A DNA stretch of 63,459 nt, counting the filler, from an uncultured bacterium (GTDB taxonomy: Bacteria > CAYJOG01): assembly GCA_964371695.1 (NCBI GenBank). It is 3 parts of 3 records of this genome, joined end to end, with 100 filler letters (N's around TTAATTAATTAA, not from the genome) between each part and the next. Parts side by side here need not be neighbours in the genome. Positions count along the whole stretch, not along the records: positions 43,392 to 63,459 come from CAYJOG010000005.1; 2 more parts are not named here. One strand, given 5' to 3'. Made by a program: the position numbers and the translations under genes. The first letter of the stretch is position 1. The number at the start of each line of letters is the position of its first letter. The notes beneath the pieces are model-generated. The model was not told where the DNA came from and did no database searches. It worked only from the letters and a program-made list of their open reading frames with translations. Positions 46,184-56,234 of this stretch are shown in pieces.

Positions 46184-46296
46184 GTTGCGTTTTTGGCCGG
46201 GGCCGGGGCGTCCGTGCCGGGCAGTTTATCGCCGCTGGGCAGGGCGGTGGCAAGAGACCGGATCTGTCGGGGTGTGCTGACTTGACAGGAGGGTTT

Positions 46297-47082
46297 TTAC
46301 CGGGTCTGGGGAGGCAGGGTGTCCAACCGCCGGATGAGCCGCGCCACAACGCCCAGCAGGTCTTCTCCCAGCGTGTCTACCCGCACCAGGGTTTTGCCCT
46401 GGTCTTCGGGAAACTTGCTGACGTGGGGGTTCAGGCGGATGCGCTGGCCATAACCCAGTTTTTCCACGGCGGTCTTGAGTTCACCGAGAGAAAGGTAATC
46501 CAGGGCGAAAATCCAGCTCACTTCGGTGGGGGCGATGTCGGCTTGCTCCTTAGCGGTGGATTTCGCCTCAGAGGGTTGGATGTTCGCCGCTGTTCGGGCG
46601 GGCCATTCCGAGGTCGCCGGAGGGGTGCTCCACACCGGGGCGGTGGCAGGTGGGTCGGTCTCCAGTCCGTGGTCCACGTCGGTGGCCAGCAGTTCGTCAA
46701 TCAGGCCGCGCTCTTTGGGCGAGGCCCGGTGCAGCAGGGGGCGGGTGAGGCCCAGTGGCAGGGTGGCCTGCCAGTTCAGGGCGCGCACCTGATCCCCGGC
46801 CTGAAGCAGCGTGAGGGGATTCATCCGCGTGATGTCCATGACAGCCCAGTCTTCTCCCAGGCTGCTGATGCGGCCATAGGCCACCGTCGCGCCGTCGCGC
46901 ACCACGGCCAGTTGCTCACCCAGGCGCAGGTGTTGCAGATGACCGGCGTCAATTTTCACCTGACCGGCTTCGAGGATTTCCCGCACCTCTGGCAGAGCGG
47001 GCACGGTGGCGCAGACAACCCCCGAAAAACACACCAAGGCAGCGGCCAAAACAAAAACCGGGAGGAGTCTGCGAAGAAACAC
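46297..47082 (-). CDS. Exported protein with FlgT-C-like beta domain and C-terminal secretin-N/NolW-like domain
   Basis: Signal peptide from GTG 47082, VKIDAG...LRLGEQLAVVRDG...GDQVR, and terminal WIFALDYL...VARLIRRLDT. Confidence 0.5.
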   Translation of the reverse strand: MFLRRLLPVFVLAAALVCFSGVVCATVPALPEVREILEAGQVKIDAGHLQHLRLGEQLAVVRDGATVAYGRISSLGEDWAVMDITRMNPLTLLQAGDQVRALNWQATLPLGLTRPLLHRASPKERGLIDELLATDVDHGLETDPPATAPVWSTPPATSEWPARTAANIQPSEAKSTAKEQADIAPTEVSWIFALDYLSLGELKTAVEKLGYGQRIRLNPHVSKFPEDQGKTLVRVDTLGEDLLGVVARLIRRLDTLPPQTR

Positions 47083-47131
47083 CAGGGCCAGTTTAGCCTT
47101 TATGGCGATGCAAAACGACACGGCCTGCGTG

Positions 47132-47346
47132 GAACCCATCTCAAAAGAATTTTGAGATGGGTTTGCGGGCCAGAGTTTGCGAGGGATCTTTCCAGATGCC
47201 CATTAGGGCATCTGGCCGAGCAAAGGCGGTAGCGGACCGCCCCGAAAACCGGAGGATAAAAAATCCGTAGGTTTTTGCGCTCGTGGCCGGGATTTACTCT
47301 CGGCCACGGCGGTCGAAAAAGTTCAGGATGGACTTTTGAGGCGAGT
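47132..47346 (+). mobile_element. MITE-like structured element R4
   Basis: End GAACCCATCTCAAAA with degenerate partner TTTTGAGGCGAGTT. 47173-47228 is nearly identical to R5 50835-50890, and 47242-47338 is homologous to R2. Confidence 0.7.
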
Positions 47347-47380
47347 TATGAATGAAAAAATCTCTGCTAGTCTACCGGTC

Positions 47381-48904
47381 ATGATCAAACTGAGCTTCAG
47401 TTCCAAACCCGCCAAAACCCCCGCCCTGCAAGTGGTTTTTGTCAAAGACGACAAAAAGTCGCCAGTGTTGCTGGTGGAGGACAAAACCCTGGCCCCCGTG
47501 CTGCTGCGCTTGCACAAAGAAGGTGTTTTTTCAGGCAGGATGGCCCAGATACATTTCAGCGAAAACCTGAGCGGGGCCTCGGTGTTGTGGGTGGGACTGG
47601 GCACGGGCAAGGAACATCCCGATCATTCCCGCGCCGAAGAAGCCCGCCGGTTGGGCGGCAAGGTGTTCAAGGCGTTGGCGCAGGCCCCTGCAGGCGGCGC
47701 GCAATTTGAAGGGCTGGACAAAGCAGCAGGGCACCTTTCTCTGAAACCCGCCCAACTGGTGGAGAGTCTGGCCCTGGGTATGCGTTTGGCGGATTTCCGT
47801 TTTGACGAATACAAAACCAAACCCAAAGACCGCAAGGAGCGCGCCATCACCCTGCACCTGCCCGCGCCCGGCGCCGAAGCGGCGCTGAAACGGGCAGAGC
47901 AACTGGCCGCCGCCGCCATCAACTGCCGCAGGTTGCAAGCCACGCCGCCCAACGTGGCGTTTCCTGCGTACATGACCAAAACCGCCCGTGATCTGGTGAA
48001 GGGGCGCAACATCAAGCTCAAGGTCTACGGCAAAAAGGAGCTGAAAGACAAAAAGTGCGTGGGTTTGCTCACCGTGGGGGGAGGCAGTCAGCACGACGCC
48101 CAGATGCTGGTGCTGGACTATTCCCCGCCGGGTGCAAAGGCCACCCTGGGGCTGGTGGGCAAGGCCATCACCTTTGACACGGGGGGCATTTCACTCAAAC
48201 CCGGCGCGAAGATGCACGAAATGAAATACGACAAGTCCGGCGGCTGTGCGGTGTTGCACGCCTTGGCGGCGGCGGCGGATCTGAAGCTGCCCTATCGCAT
48301 CGTGGGCATTGTGTGTGCGGCAGAAAACATGCCCAGCGGCCACGCCGCCCGGCCTGGGGACATCATCACCTACCGCAACGGCAAGTCGGTGGAAATATTG
48401 AACACCGACGCAGAAGGCCGGCTGGTGCTGGCCGACGGCCTGATTGAAATGGGGTCGTTCAAACCCGACGTGGTGCTGGACTTGGCCACCCTCACCGGTC
48501 TGTGCGCCATGACGTTTGGCCCCTACGCCGCTGGGGTGATGAGCAACCATCAGCCCCTGGCCGACGCACTTTTGGCATCGGGCCTGCAAAGTGGCGAGCG
48601 GGTGTGGCAGTTGCCGTTGTGGGAGGACTACGCCGAGGCCATCAAGGGAGAACACGCGGACATCCAGAACATCGGCGGTCCCTTTGGCGGCACCATCACG
48701 GCGGCGCACTTCCTCAAGAATTTTGTGCCCAAGGAAACCCCCTGGGCGCATCTGGACATTGCCGGTGTGGCCTGGGGCAACTTCAAGTCGGCTTACATCC
48801 CTAGTGGCCCCAGTGGCTTTGGCGTGCGACTGCTGCTGGATTTTCTGGAACAACACGGCAAAGACCTGCCCGGTTTCAAAAAAGGATTTGGCGGCAATGA
48901 CTGA
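47381..48904 (+). CDS. pepA: Leucyl aminopeptidase (M17)
   Basis: VGKAITFDTGGISLKP, MKYDKSG, NTDAEGRLVLAD, DLATLTG and WAHLDIAG motifs. Confidence 0.95.
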   Translation: MIKLSFSSKPAKTPALQVVFVKDDKKSPVLLVEDKTLAPVLLRLHKEGVFSGRMAQIHFSENLSGASVLWVGLGTGKEHPDHSRAEEARRLGGKVFKALAQAPAGGAQFEGLDKAAGHLSLKPAQLVESLALGMRLADFRFDEYKTKPKDRKERAITLHLPAPGAEAALKRAEQLAAAAINCRRLQATPPNVAFPAYMTKTARDLVKGRNIKLKVYGKKELKDKKCVGLLTVGGGSQHDAQMLVLDYSPPGAKATLGLVGKAITFDTGGISLKPGAKMHEMKYDKSGGCAVLHALAAAADLKLPYRIVGIVCAAENMPSGHAARPGDIITYRNGKSVEILNTDAEGRLVLADGLIEMGSFKPDVVLDLATLTGLCAMTFGPYAAGVMSNHQPLADALLASGLQSGERVWQLPLWEDYAEAIKGEHADIQNIGGPFGGTITAAHFLKNFVPKETPWAHLDIAGVAWGNFKSAYIPSGPSGFGVRLLLDFLEQHGKDLPGFKKGFGGND

Positions 48905-50219
48905 AGGCAGGCGAGGGGCCAAAATCCGATCCTTCAAAAAATCCGGCCAAGCTTTTGAAGCTGCCCAAAAAGTGCTGGTGGGGGGCGTGAACAGCCCAGT
49001 GCGGGCCTTTAAGGGCGTGGGGGGCACCCCTGTTTTTTTGCACAGTGCTCAGGGGCCGGTGGTGCGGGATCTGGACGGGAACGAATACATTGATTTTGTG
49101 CTTTCCTGGGGGCCGATGGTGCTGGGGCACCGCCACCCGGCAGTGATCAAGGCCATCGAAAACCAGTTGCAGCGGGGCTTGGGTTTTGGCGCGCCGGGTG
49201 CAGGCGAGACAGCCCTGGCCGGTGAACTGGTGAGCCGTGTGCCGGGACTGGAAAAAGTGCGACTGGTGGTGAGCGGCACCGAGGCCACCCTGAGTGCTGT
49301 GCGCCTGGCCCGTGCGGCCACGGGGCGGGAACTGATCATCAAGATCGACGGGGGATATCACGGCCACGGTGACAGTTTTCTGGTGTCCGCGGGCAGTGGG
49401 GCGCTCACCTTGGGCACACCCTCCAGCCCCGGTGTGCCTGTGGCGCTGGCGGCCCTCACGCGGGTGGCGCAGTTCAACCGCCTGGACACCTTCGAGGCGA
49501 TTTTCAAAAAAGAAAAAGGCCGTGTGGCGGCGATGATTGTGGAAACCGTGCCCGGCAACTGCGGCGTGCTGCCGCCTCAAAAGGGGTTTTTGAAAGAACT
49601 GAAGAAGTTGTGCCAAGCCCACGGCGCGCTGCTGATTCTGGATGAAGTCATGTGCGGATTTCGCACCGGCGTCACGGCGGCCAGCCGCTTTGGTGTTGTG
49701 CCAGACCTGATGTGCCTGGGCAAGATCATCGGCGGCGGCCTGCCCCTGGCGGCTTATGGGGGCCGGGCGGAGCTGATGGACCAGATCAGCCCCAGCGGCC
49801 CGGTGTATCAGGCTGGCACCCTCAGCGGCAATCCGGTGGCAGTGGCGGCGGGCCTGGCCACCCTCAAGGCGTTGACCTCCAACCAACTGACCCTGCTGGA
49901 AGAACGCAGCCAGCTTTTTGAAAACCGGCTGAAGCAGGAAATCACCGCATCCGGTGCAGCCAAGCGCGTCACGCTCAACCGCGTGGGCAGCATGTTCACG
50001 CTGTTTTTCACGCCGGGCCCGGTCAGAACCTATGAAGACGCCAAGCGGTCTGACACCGCCGCGTTTGCCCGGTTTTTTCACGCGGCGCTGGCCGAGGGCA
50101 TCAATCTGCCGCCTTCGCAGTTTGAAGCGTTTTTTCTGTCACTGGCCCACACCGCTCCCGTCCTGAAACAGGCGGCCCAAAAAATCGGCCTGGCTCTGCG
50201 AAAAACATTTTCGGATTGA
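48897..50219 (+). CDS. hemL: Glutamate-1-semialdehyde 2,1-aminomutase
   Basis: GGVNSPVRAF, SWGP, SGTEAT, YHGH, DEVM, GKIIGGGLP, YQAGTLSGNP and PSQFE motifs; start ATG 48897. Confidence 0.96.
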   Translation: MTEGRRGAKIRSFKKSGQAFEAAQKVLVGGVNSPVRAFKGVGGTPVFLHSAQGPVVRDLDGNEYIDFVLSWGPMVLGHRHPAVIKAIENQLQRGLGFGAPGAGETALAGELVSRVPGLEKVRLVVSGTEATLSAVRLARAATGRELIIKIDGGYHGHGDSFLVSAGSGALTLGTPSSPGVPVALAALTRVAQFNRLDTFEAIFKKEKGRVAAMIVETVPGNCGVLPPQKGFLKELKKLCQAHGALLILDEVMCGFRTGVTAASRFGVVPDLMCLGKIIGGGLPLAAYGGRAELMDQISPSGPVYQAGTLSGNPVAVAAGLATLKALTSNQLTLLEERSQLFENRLKQEITASGAAKRVTLNRVGSMFTLFFTPGPVRTYEDAKRSDTAAFARFFHAALAEGINLPPSQFEAFFLSLAHTAPVLKQAAQKIGLALRKTFSD

Positions 50220-50222
50220 GAC

Positions 50223-50813
50223 ATGAAGCAATGGCCAGAACTAAAGGTGGTTTTGGAGCGTTTTGACCAGTTCGGCTGGTTGTTGGGCACCAGCGGCAAT
50301 TTTTCACTGCGCGAAGGGGACCGGTTTTTCCTGAGCCGATCGGGCGTGCGCAAGGGCGAGATGACGGAACAGGATTTTGTGGCGCTGGCCGTGGAAGGTC
50401 CCTGGCCGCCGCAAAAATCAGCCCATCCCCCCAGCGCCGAAGGCTCGCTGCATCAGGTGATTTATCAGGCTTATCCCGTTATGACCTGTGTGGTGCATGC
50501 CCACACTCCGGCAGCCACGCTGGCTGGGTTAAAGGCGCAGGCGCAACCGGAGGGGCTTGTTTTCAGCGACATCGAAATGCTCAAGGGGCTGGAGGGCATT
50601 GACCCGCTCCTGCCATTTCATTTTCCGGTGTTCACAAATCACCCGGTGGTGGAGCACATTGCGACAGAGCTGCGCACCCATCTGGCGGGGGGTGTCGCGC
50701 CGCCGGTGGTGCTGCTGGCGGGCCACGGCGTCACCGCCTGGGGGAAAACCGTAGACGCCGCCTGTCGGCATTTTGAAATTGCCGAGTTTTTGTGCCGATT
50801 AGCAGGGTGTTGA
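50223..50813 (+). CDS. mtnB: Methylthioribulose-1-phosphate dehydratase (class II aldolase family)
   Basis: GW..GTSGNFS, SGVRKG, PSAE..LH, HAH, EMLKGL and GHG..AWG motifs. Confidence 0.85.
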   Translation: MKQWPELKVVLERFDQFGWLLGTSGNFSLREGDRFFLSRSGVRKGEMTEQDFVALAVEGPWPPQKSAHPPSAEGSLHQVIYQAYPVMTCVVHAHTPAATLAGLKAQAQPEGLVFSDIEMLKGLEGIDPLLPFHFPVFTNHPVVEHIATELRTHLAGGVAPPVVLLAGHGVTAWGKTVDAACRHFEIAEFLCRLAGC

Positions 50814-51008
50814 TAAACACCCTGAAAAATCCATGAGTTTGCGAGGGTTCTTTCCAGATGCCCATTGGGGCATCTGGCCGAGCAAAGGCGATAGCAGATT
50901 TTGCCGCTTGCAGGGGTCAAAAGACCTCTGCAAAAGCGTTGTTTTGCGAGGGCTTTGCCTGAGCAAAACAGGTTGAGAAAGGCCAGGAGGGACTTTCTCA
51001 ACAACCTG
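50803..51008 (+). mobile_element. MITE-like structured element R5 (IS5/IS1182-like ends)
   Basis: TTAG-CAGGGTGTTGATAAA ... TTTCTCAACAACCTG-TTAG: TIRs match 13/15 with a 4-bp TTAG duplication. Internal hairpins are shared with R1 and R4. Confidence 0.78.
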
Positions 51009-51097
51009 TTAGTGGTTCCTCCTCCGGGCGAATAACCGGAAGCAGTAAAATCTCCCCCCTGCCTTGGGATATTCTTCTCAAAGGCTTTTGACGATTC

Positions 51098-52558
51098 ATG
51101 CCCGGAACCCCTCTCATGTTGCTCATTTTGGCTGGTCTGCTGCTGGCGGTGATGCTGCTGCAAGTGGTGGCGCTTTCTCAGGGGCGGGTGAGCGAGCTGA
51201 AAGACACGGTGGAAGACATTCAGCGCGACATGGCCGGGTTGCCGGTGTCTTTGATGGAAAAACAGGGCGCGCTCGCGGAGTCCATGACCCAGCGCGTGAA
51301 CGAACTGAACCGCATGATGCTGGACTCGCTCAAAGAAGTGCGCGAGGCCGAGCGCCAGAACACCGAAAAACTATCCATCGACATGGGGCAGGTGCAGCAG
51401 CAGACCAACGAGCGGCTTGAGAAAGTCACCTTGGCCCTTGGCCAGAACAAGGAAGCCATGGAGGCCTCGCTGAACCAGCGCCTGCATCAACAACAGGTGG
51501 CCAGCGAGGAGCGGCTCAAGGGCCTCACCGACAGCCTGGAAACTCGCTTGGGGCGGCTCACCACCACCATGGAAGAAAAACTGGCCGACGCCAACAAGGC
51601 CCTGCGCGACGGCCTGAAAACGCAGCAGGACACCAACCTCGAACAGATGAAAATCATGCTGGGCCAGATGAACGAACACATCACCAAGGCCCAGGCCGAG
51701 TTTGGCAGCAAGCTGGAGGGCACCAGCAGCGTGGTGGGGCAGGTACACGTTTCACTGGGTGAACTGGCGCAGCAGGCCAAGGCCATGCACGAGCTGGGGC
51801 GCGACATCCATTCGCTTCAGGATGTGCTGATGGCCCCCAAACTGCGGGGCGGCCTGGGCGAAACGCTGCTGGAGGAAATGTTGAGTTCCCAACTCAACCG
51901 GGATTCTTTTGAAATGCAGCACCACTTGGCCGACGGCGCGGTGGTGGATGCCATCGTCAAGATCAAGGACAAAAAAGTGCCGGTGGACAGCAAGTTCCCC
52001 CTGGAAAGTTTCAAGCGGCTGCGGGCGGCGGAATCTGACGCCGAACGGCTCATCGCCCGCAAGGAATTTGAAAAAGCGGTGAAGGAACACGCCGACAGCC
52101 TCGCCCGCAAATACATCCGCCCCGACCGCAACACTTACAACTTCGCCATGATGTATCTGCCCAGCGAGGCCATTTTTTATGAAGTGGTGGGCAATGCCGG
52201 GCGCGACGGAGCGGACCTCAACGCCTATCTCATCAACCAGCGGGTCATCCCCGTCAGCCCCAACAGCTTTTTTGCCTATCTTCAGTGCATCGTGCTGGGC
52301 CTGCGGGGTTTTGAAATTCAGAAAAACGCTGAGGAAATGCTCAAGGGCATCACCCAGTTGCAGAACCAGTTCGAGAAGTTCCTGGGGGGCTTCCAGAAAA
52401 TGGGCAAACATTCGCGCCACCTGTTGAACAGTTATGAAGACAGTTGGCGCACCGCCGAAAAACTGGGCCGCACCATGAGTGCCATCACCCACCGCGAAAT
52501 GAAGGTGCTGGACGAAGTGGAAGGGGCCGACGCGCCCCTGCTGGAAGGGTCGATTTAA
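51098..52558 (+). CDS. rmuC: DNA recombination protein RmuC
   Basis: N-terminal TM helix, long coiled coil, PKLRGGLGE, VDAIV, VDSKFP, KYI and FAMMYLPSE motifs. Confidence 0.92.
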   Translation: MPGTPLMLLILAGLLLAVMLLQVVALSQGRVSELKDTVEDIQRDMAGLPVSLMEKQGALAESMTQRVNELNRMMLDSLKEVREAERQNTEKLSIDMGQVQQQTNERLEKVTLALGQNKEAMEASLNQRLHQQQVASEERLKGLTDSLETRLGRLTTTMEEKLADANKALRDGLKTQQDTNLEQMKIMLGQMNEHITKAQAEFGSKLEGTSSVVGQVHVSLGELAQQAKAMHELGRDIHSLQDVLMAPKLRGGLGETLLEEMLSSQLNRDSFEMQHHLADGAVVDAIVKIKDKKVPVDSKFPLESFKRLRAAESDAERLIARKEFEKAVKEHADSLARKYIRPDRNTYNFAMMYLPSEAIFYEVVGNAGRDGADLNAYLINQRVIPVSPNSFFAYLQCIVLGLRGFEIQKNAEEMLKGITQLQNQFEKFLGGFQKMGKHSRHLLNSYEDSWRTAEKLGRTMSAITHREMKVLDEVEGADAPLLEGSI

Positions 52559-52596
52559 CCAGCCAAAGTTCTTTTACAGACCACTACAATCACCCG

Positions 52597-54681
52597 GTGA
52601 GCGGATTTGATCTCATCAAAACCATGTCGCCCATGGGCGACCAGCCCCGGGCCATTGAGGGGTTGGTGCGGGGTGTGCATGAGGGGCTGATGCGCCAGAC
52701 CATGCTGGGGGCCACCGGCACGGGCAAAACCTTCACCATGGCCAATGTCATTCAGCAGACAGGCAGGCCCGCGCTGGTGATGGCCCACAACAAAACCCTG
52801 GCAGCCCAGTTGTGCAGCGAGTTCCGCGCCCTGTTCCCCAACAATGCGGTGGAGTTTTTCATCAGTTATTACGACTATTACCAGCCCGAAGCCTATCTGC
52901 CCTACACCGACACCTACATCGAAAAAGACGCCAGCATCAACGACGAAATCGAGCGCCTGCGCCACAGCGCCACACAGGCGCTGCTCAGCCGCCGCGACGT
53001 GATTGTGGTGGCCAGCGTGAGCGCCATTTATGGCCTGGGCAGCCCCGATGATTACCTCGCCGAAACCGTGCATTTTGCAGTGGGGCAAGAGTATCCCCGT
53101 GAAAAACTCCTGGCCAAGCTCATCGCCATGCGTTTTGAACGCAACGACACGGCGCTGGACAACGGCCAGTTCACTGTGCGCGGCGAAACCCTCACCATCT
53201 GTCCCATTCATCACGACAACCATCTGCGGCTCCAGTTTTTTGGTGATGAGCTGGAAAAAATCGATCTCTTGGACGCCACCACCGGCGAAATTCTCGAAAG
53301 CCCCAAAAGCGCCTGGATTTATCCCGCCACGCACTACATCGTGCTCAGCCAGCGGCTGGAAGGCGCCATCCGCACCATTGAACAGGAACTGGAAGAACGG
53401 CTGACGTGGTTCAAGGCAAACGGAAAATTGCTGGAAGAAGAACGCCTGCGCCAGCGGGTGCGTTATGACCTGGAAATGCTGCGGTCGCTGGGTTATTGCA
53501 GCGGCATCGAAAACTACTCCCGCCATTTCACGAACAAACAACCGGGCGAAGCGCCCTATACCCTGCTGGATTATTTCCCCAAGGATTTCCTCACTTTTAT
53601 TGACGAAAGCCACGCCACCGTGCCGCAGATCAATGGCATGTACAACGGCGACCGCGCTCGCAAAGAGGTGTTGGTGGAATACGGATTCCGCCTGCCGAGC
53701 GCCTTGGACAACAGGCCCCTGAAATTCGCTGAATTTGAACAAACGGTGGGCCAGCTTATTTTTGTGTCGGCCACGCCGGGGCCTTATGAAAAAAAGGTGA
53801 GCCAGCAGCAGGTGGAGCAGATCATTCGCCCCACCGGCCTGCTGGACCCGGAGGTGATCATCCGCCCGGTGGAGGGGCAGGTGCGGGATCTGCTGGCCGA
53901 AATCCAGGCCTGTGTGCAGAAAAAGGAACGGGTGCTGGTGACCACGCTCACCAAAAAAATGGCCGAAAATCTTGCGGAGTTCCTGAACCAGCAGGGCGTG
54001 AACGTGAAGTGGCTGCACTCGGACATTGACGCGCTGCAGCGGGTGGACATTTTGCAGGAACTGCGCCGGGGTGATTTTGATGTGCTGGTGGGCATCAACC
54101 TGTTGCGCGAGGGCCTGGACCTGCCGGAGGTGGCCCTGGTGGCGATTCTGGACGCGGACAAAGAGGGTTTTCTGCGTTCAGAGACCAGTCTGGTGCAGAC
54201 CATGGGCCGCGCTGCCCGCAACGTGAATGGCCGGGTGATTCTCTATGCCGATCAGATCACCGGCAGCATTCAGCGGGCCGTGAATGAAACAAACAGAAAG
54301 CGAAAAATCCAGGAGGCGCACAATCAGAAACACGGCATCACGCCCCGCAGCATCGAAAAAGAAATCCACCAGACCCTGCGCCTGATGGGGGTGCCCGAAG
54401 CCAAAAGCCCCAGCGGTCTGGTGCCCGGCGGAGACCCCGACGCACTGGGGGGGCAACACCTCAAGGAACTGGTGGATGAGTTGTATACGTCAATGAAACA
54501 GGCCGCCGATGACCTGGATTTTGAGCGGGCGGTGCAATTGCGCGAGGAATGGAAAAGCGTGAAACGCGCACTCAATCGCAAGCTGTATGGCAAAGACACC
54601 GACAGCGCCACGCCCACCGTGATACAGCTCAAGGCCCCCCGCAACGCCCGCCGGGGCACGGCCAAGGGGCCTCGCGGGTAA
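52597..54681 (+). CDS. uvrB: Excinuclease ABC subunit B
   Basis: GDQPRAI, GATGTGKT, HNKTLAAQL, SYYDYYQPEAY, DESH and GINLLREGLD motifs; start GTG 52597. Confidence 0.97.
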   Translation: MSGFDLIKTMSPMGDQPRAIEGLVRGVHEGLMRQTMLGATGTGKTFTMANVIQQTGRPALVMAHNKTLAAQLCSEFRALFPNNAVEFFISYYDYYQPEAYLPYTDTYIEKDASINDEIERLRHSATQALLSRRDVIVVASVSAIYGLGSPDDYLAETVHFAVGQEYPREKLLAKLIAMRFERNDTALDNGQFTVRGETLTICPIHHDNHLRLQFFGDELEKIDLLDATTGEILESPKSAWIYPATHYIVLSQRLEGAIRTIEQELEERLTWFKANGKLLEEERLRQRVRYDLEMLRSLGYCSGIENYSRHFTNKQPGEAPYTLLDYFPKDFLTFIDESHATVPQINGMYNGDRARKEVLVEYGFRLPSALDNRPLKFAEFEQTVGQLIFVSATPGPYEKKVSQQQVEQIIRPTGLLDPEVIIRPVEGQVRDLLAEIQACVQKKERVLVTTLTKKMAENLAEFLNQQGVNVKWLHSDIDALQRVDILQELRRGDFDVLVGINLLREGLDLPEVALVAILDADKEGFLRSETSLVQTMGRAARNVNGRVILYADQITGSIQRAVNETNRKRKIQEAHNQKHGITPRSIEKEIHQTLRLMGVPEAKSPSGLVPGGDPDALGGQHLKELVDELYTSMKQAADDLDFERAVQLREEWKSVKRALNRKLYGKDTDSATPTVIQLKAPRNARRGTAKGPRG

Positions 54682-54740
54682 TTTTCCGGTTGCCGAATTA
54701 TTCCCGGCCATTACACTGGCCCCATGCAAGGAGACGCCGC

Positions 54741-56234
54741 TTGGTCAGGCCGACTTTTCGGGAGTTCACGGCTCTAGCGCGTGATTACACGGTGGTGCCG
54801 GTAGCCCGGCGGCTGGCCTCGGATCTGCTGACGCCGCTGGGTGTTTATCAGCGCCTGCGCGGGCGTTTTCCCTACAGTTTTTTGCTGGAAAGCGTGCCTG
54901 CGCCCAACGAGGCCGGGCGTTACAGTTTCATTGGCGCAGACGCCAGCGCCGTGCTCACCGCACTGGATTATCAGCGCACCCGCGTGGTGGATGAACAGGG
55001 CGTGCGGACTCTGAAAAAACCATTTTTTGAAGTGGAGCGGGATTATCTGGCCCGCTACCGTGCGCCCACGCTGCCCGATCTGCCGCCGCTGAACAGCGGC
55101 TTGGTGGGGTGGTATGGCTATGACTGCGTGGGGTTTTATGAGCGGTTTCGCCGCGAGGCCAAAGATGACCTGGGCCTGCCCCTGGCCCAGGCGCTGCTGT
55201 TGCGTGATCTGGTGGCTTTTGACAACGTCAAGGGGCAGGTGGTGCTCATCAGCAATGTTTTTTTGGAAAAAGGACAGACCGCTTCTCTGAAAGAATCCTA
55301 CGCTGCGGCCCAAAAGCGGCTTCAGGCGCTGGAAGACGCACTGCGTGCGCCCGTTGGCGCACCAGCGAAAAAAATGCACCCCAAGCCGCCGCCTTTGCCC
55401 AAAAGCAACATGACGCCCAAGGCTTTTGAATCCATGGTGAAAAAGGCCAAGGAATACATCCGCATCGGCGATATTTTTCAGGTGGTGCTCAGCCAGCGTT
55501 ACGCCACCACGCTGCATGTTGCACCCCTGGAGGTTTACCGGGCGCTGCGCATGCTCAATCCTTCGCCCTATCTGTTCTTTCTGGATTTCAAGGAAGTGAC
55601 CCTCATCGGTTCGAGTCCTGAAATTCTGGTGACGGTGAATGGCGACACCTGCCGCACGCGCCCGCTGGCTGGCACACGCCCCCGGGGCAGCAACCGCGAA
55701 GAAGACCTGGCCCTGGAAAAAGACCTGCTGGCCGATAAAAAGGAAATCGCCGAGCATGTCATGTTGGTGGACCTGGGCCGCAACGACCTGGGTCGCGTGT
55801 CGCGTTATGGCACGGTGAAGGTGAACGAACTGATGAAGGTGGAGCGATACAGCCATGTCATGCATATCGCCAGTGACGTGACCGGCGAAAAACGGGACGA
55901 CAAAGACGTGCTGGATGTGCTCACCGCCGTGATGCCCGCAGGCACCCTCAGCGGCGCGCCCAAAGTGCGGGCCATGGAAATCATTGACGAACTGGAGCCC
56001 AACCGGCGGGGGGCCTATGGCGGGTGTGTGGGGTACGTGGGCTTCAACGGCGAAATGGACACCTGCATCACCCTGCGCACCATCGTGTGCAAGGGCAAAA
56101 CAGCCTGGCTTCAGGCCGGGGCGGGCATTGTGGCCGACAGTGACCCCGCCACGGAATTCAACGAAACACGCCACAAGTTGGGTGCGCTTTTTCGCGCCAT
56201 CGAACTGGCGCACCAGCGGGAGATGTTCCTTTGA
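54741..56234 (+). CDS. trpE: Anthranilate synthase component I
   Basis: SFLLES, GRYSFIG, GDIFQVVLSQR, NPSPY, GSSPE, EHVMLVDLGRND and GTLSGAPK motifs; AAGGAG before TTG 54741. Confidence 0.93.
   Translation: MVRPTFREFTALARDYTVVPVARRLASDLLTPLGVYQRLRGRFPYSFLLESVPAPNEAGRYSFIGADASAVLTALDYQRTRVVDEQGVRTLKKPFFEVERDYLARYRAPTLPDLPPLNSGLVGWYGYDCVGFYERFRREAKDDLGLPLAQALLLRDLVAFDNVKGQVVLISNVFLEKGQTASLKESYAAAQKRLQALEDALRAPVGAPAKKMHPKPPPLPKSNMTPKAFESMVKKAKEYIRIGDIFQVVLSQRYATTLHVAPLEVYRALRMLNPSPYLFFLDFKEVTLIGSSPEILVTVNGDTCRTRPLAGTRPRGSNREEDLALEKDLLADKKEIAEHVMLVDLGRNDLGRVSRYGTVKVNELMKVERYSHVMHIASDVTGEKRDDKDVLDVLTAVMPAGTLSGAPKVRAMEIIDELEPNRRGAYGGCVGYVGFNGEMDTCITLRTIVCKGKTAWLQAGAGIVADSDPATEFNETRHKLGALFRAIELAHQREMFL

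Noticed and set aside
50223-50813. mtnB without other methionine-salvage genes
   Set aside because: Scattered pathway genes are common and the rest may lie elsewhere in the genome.
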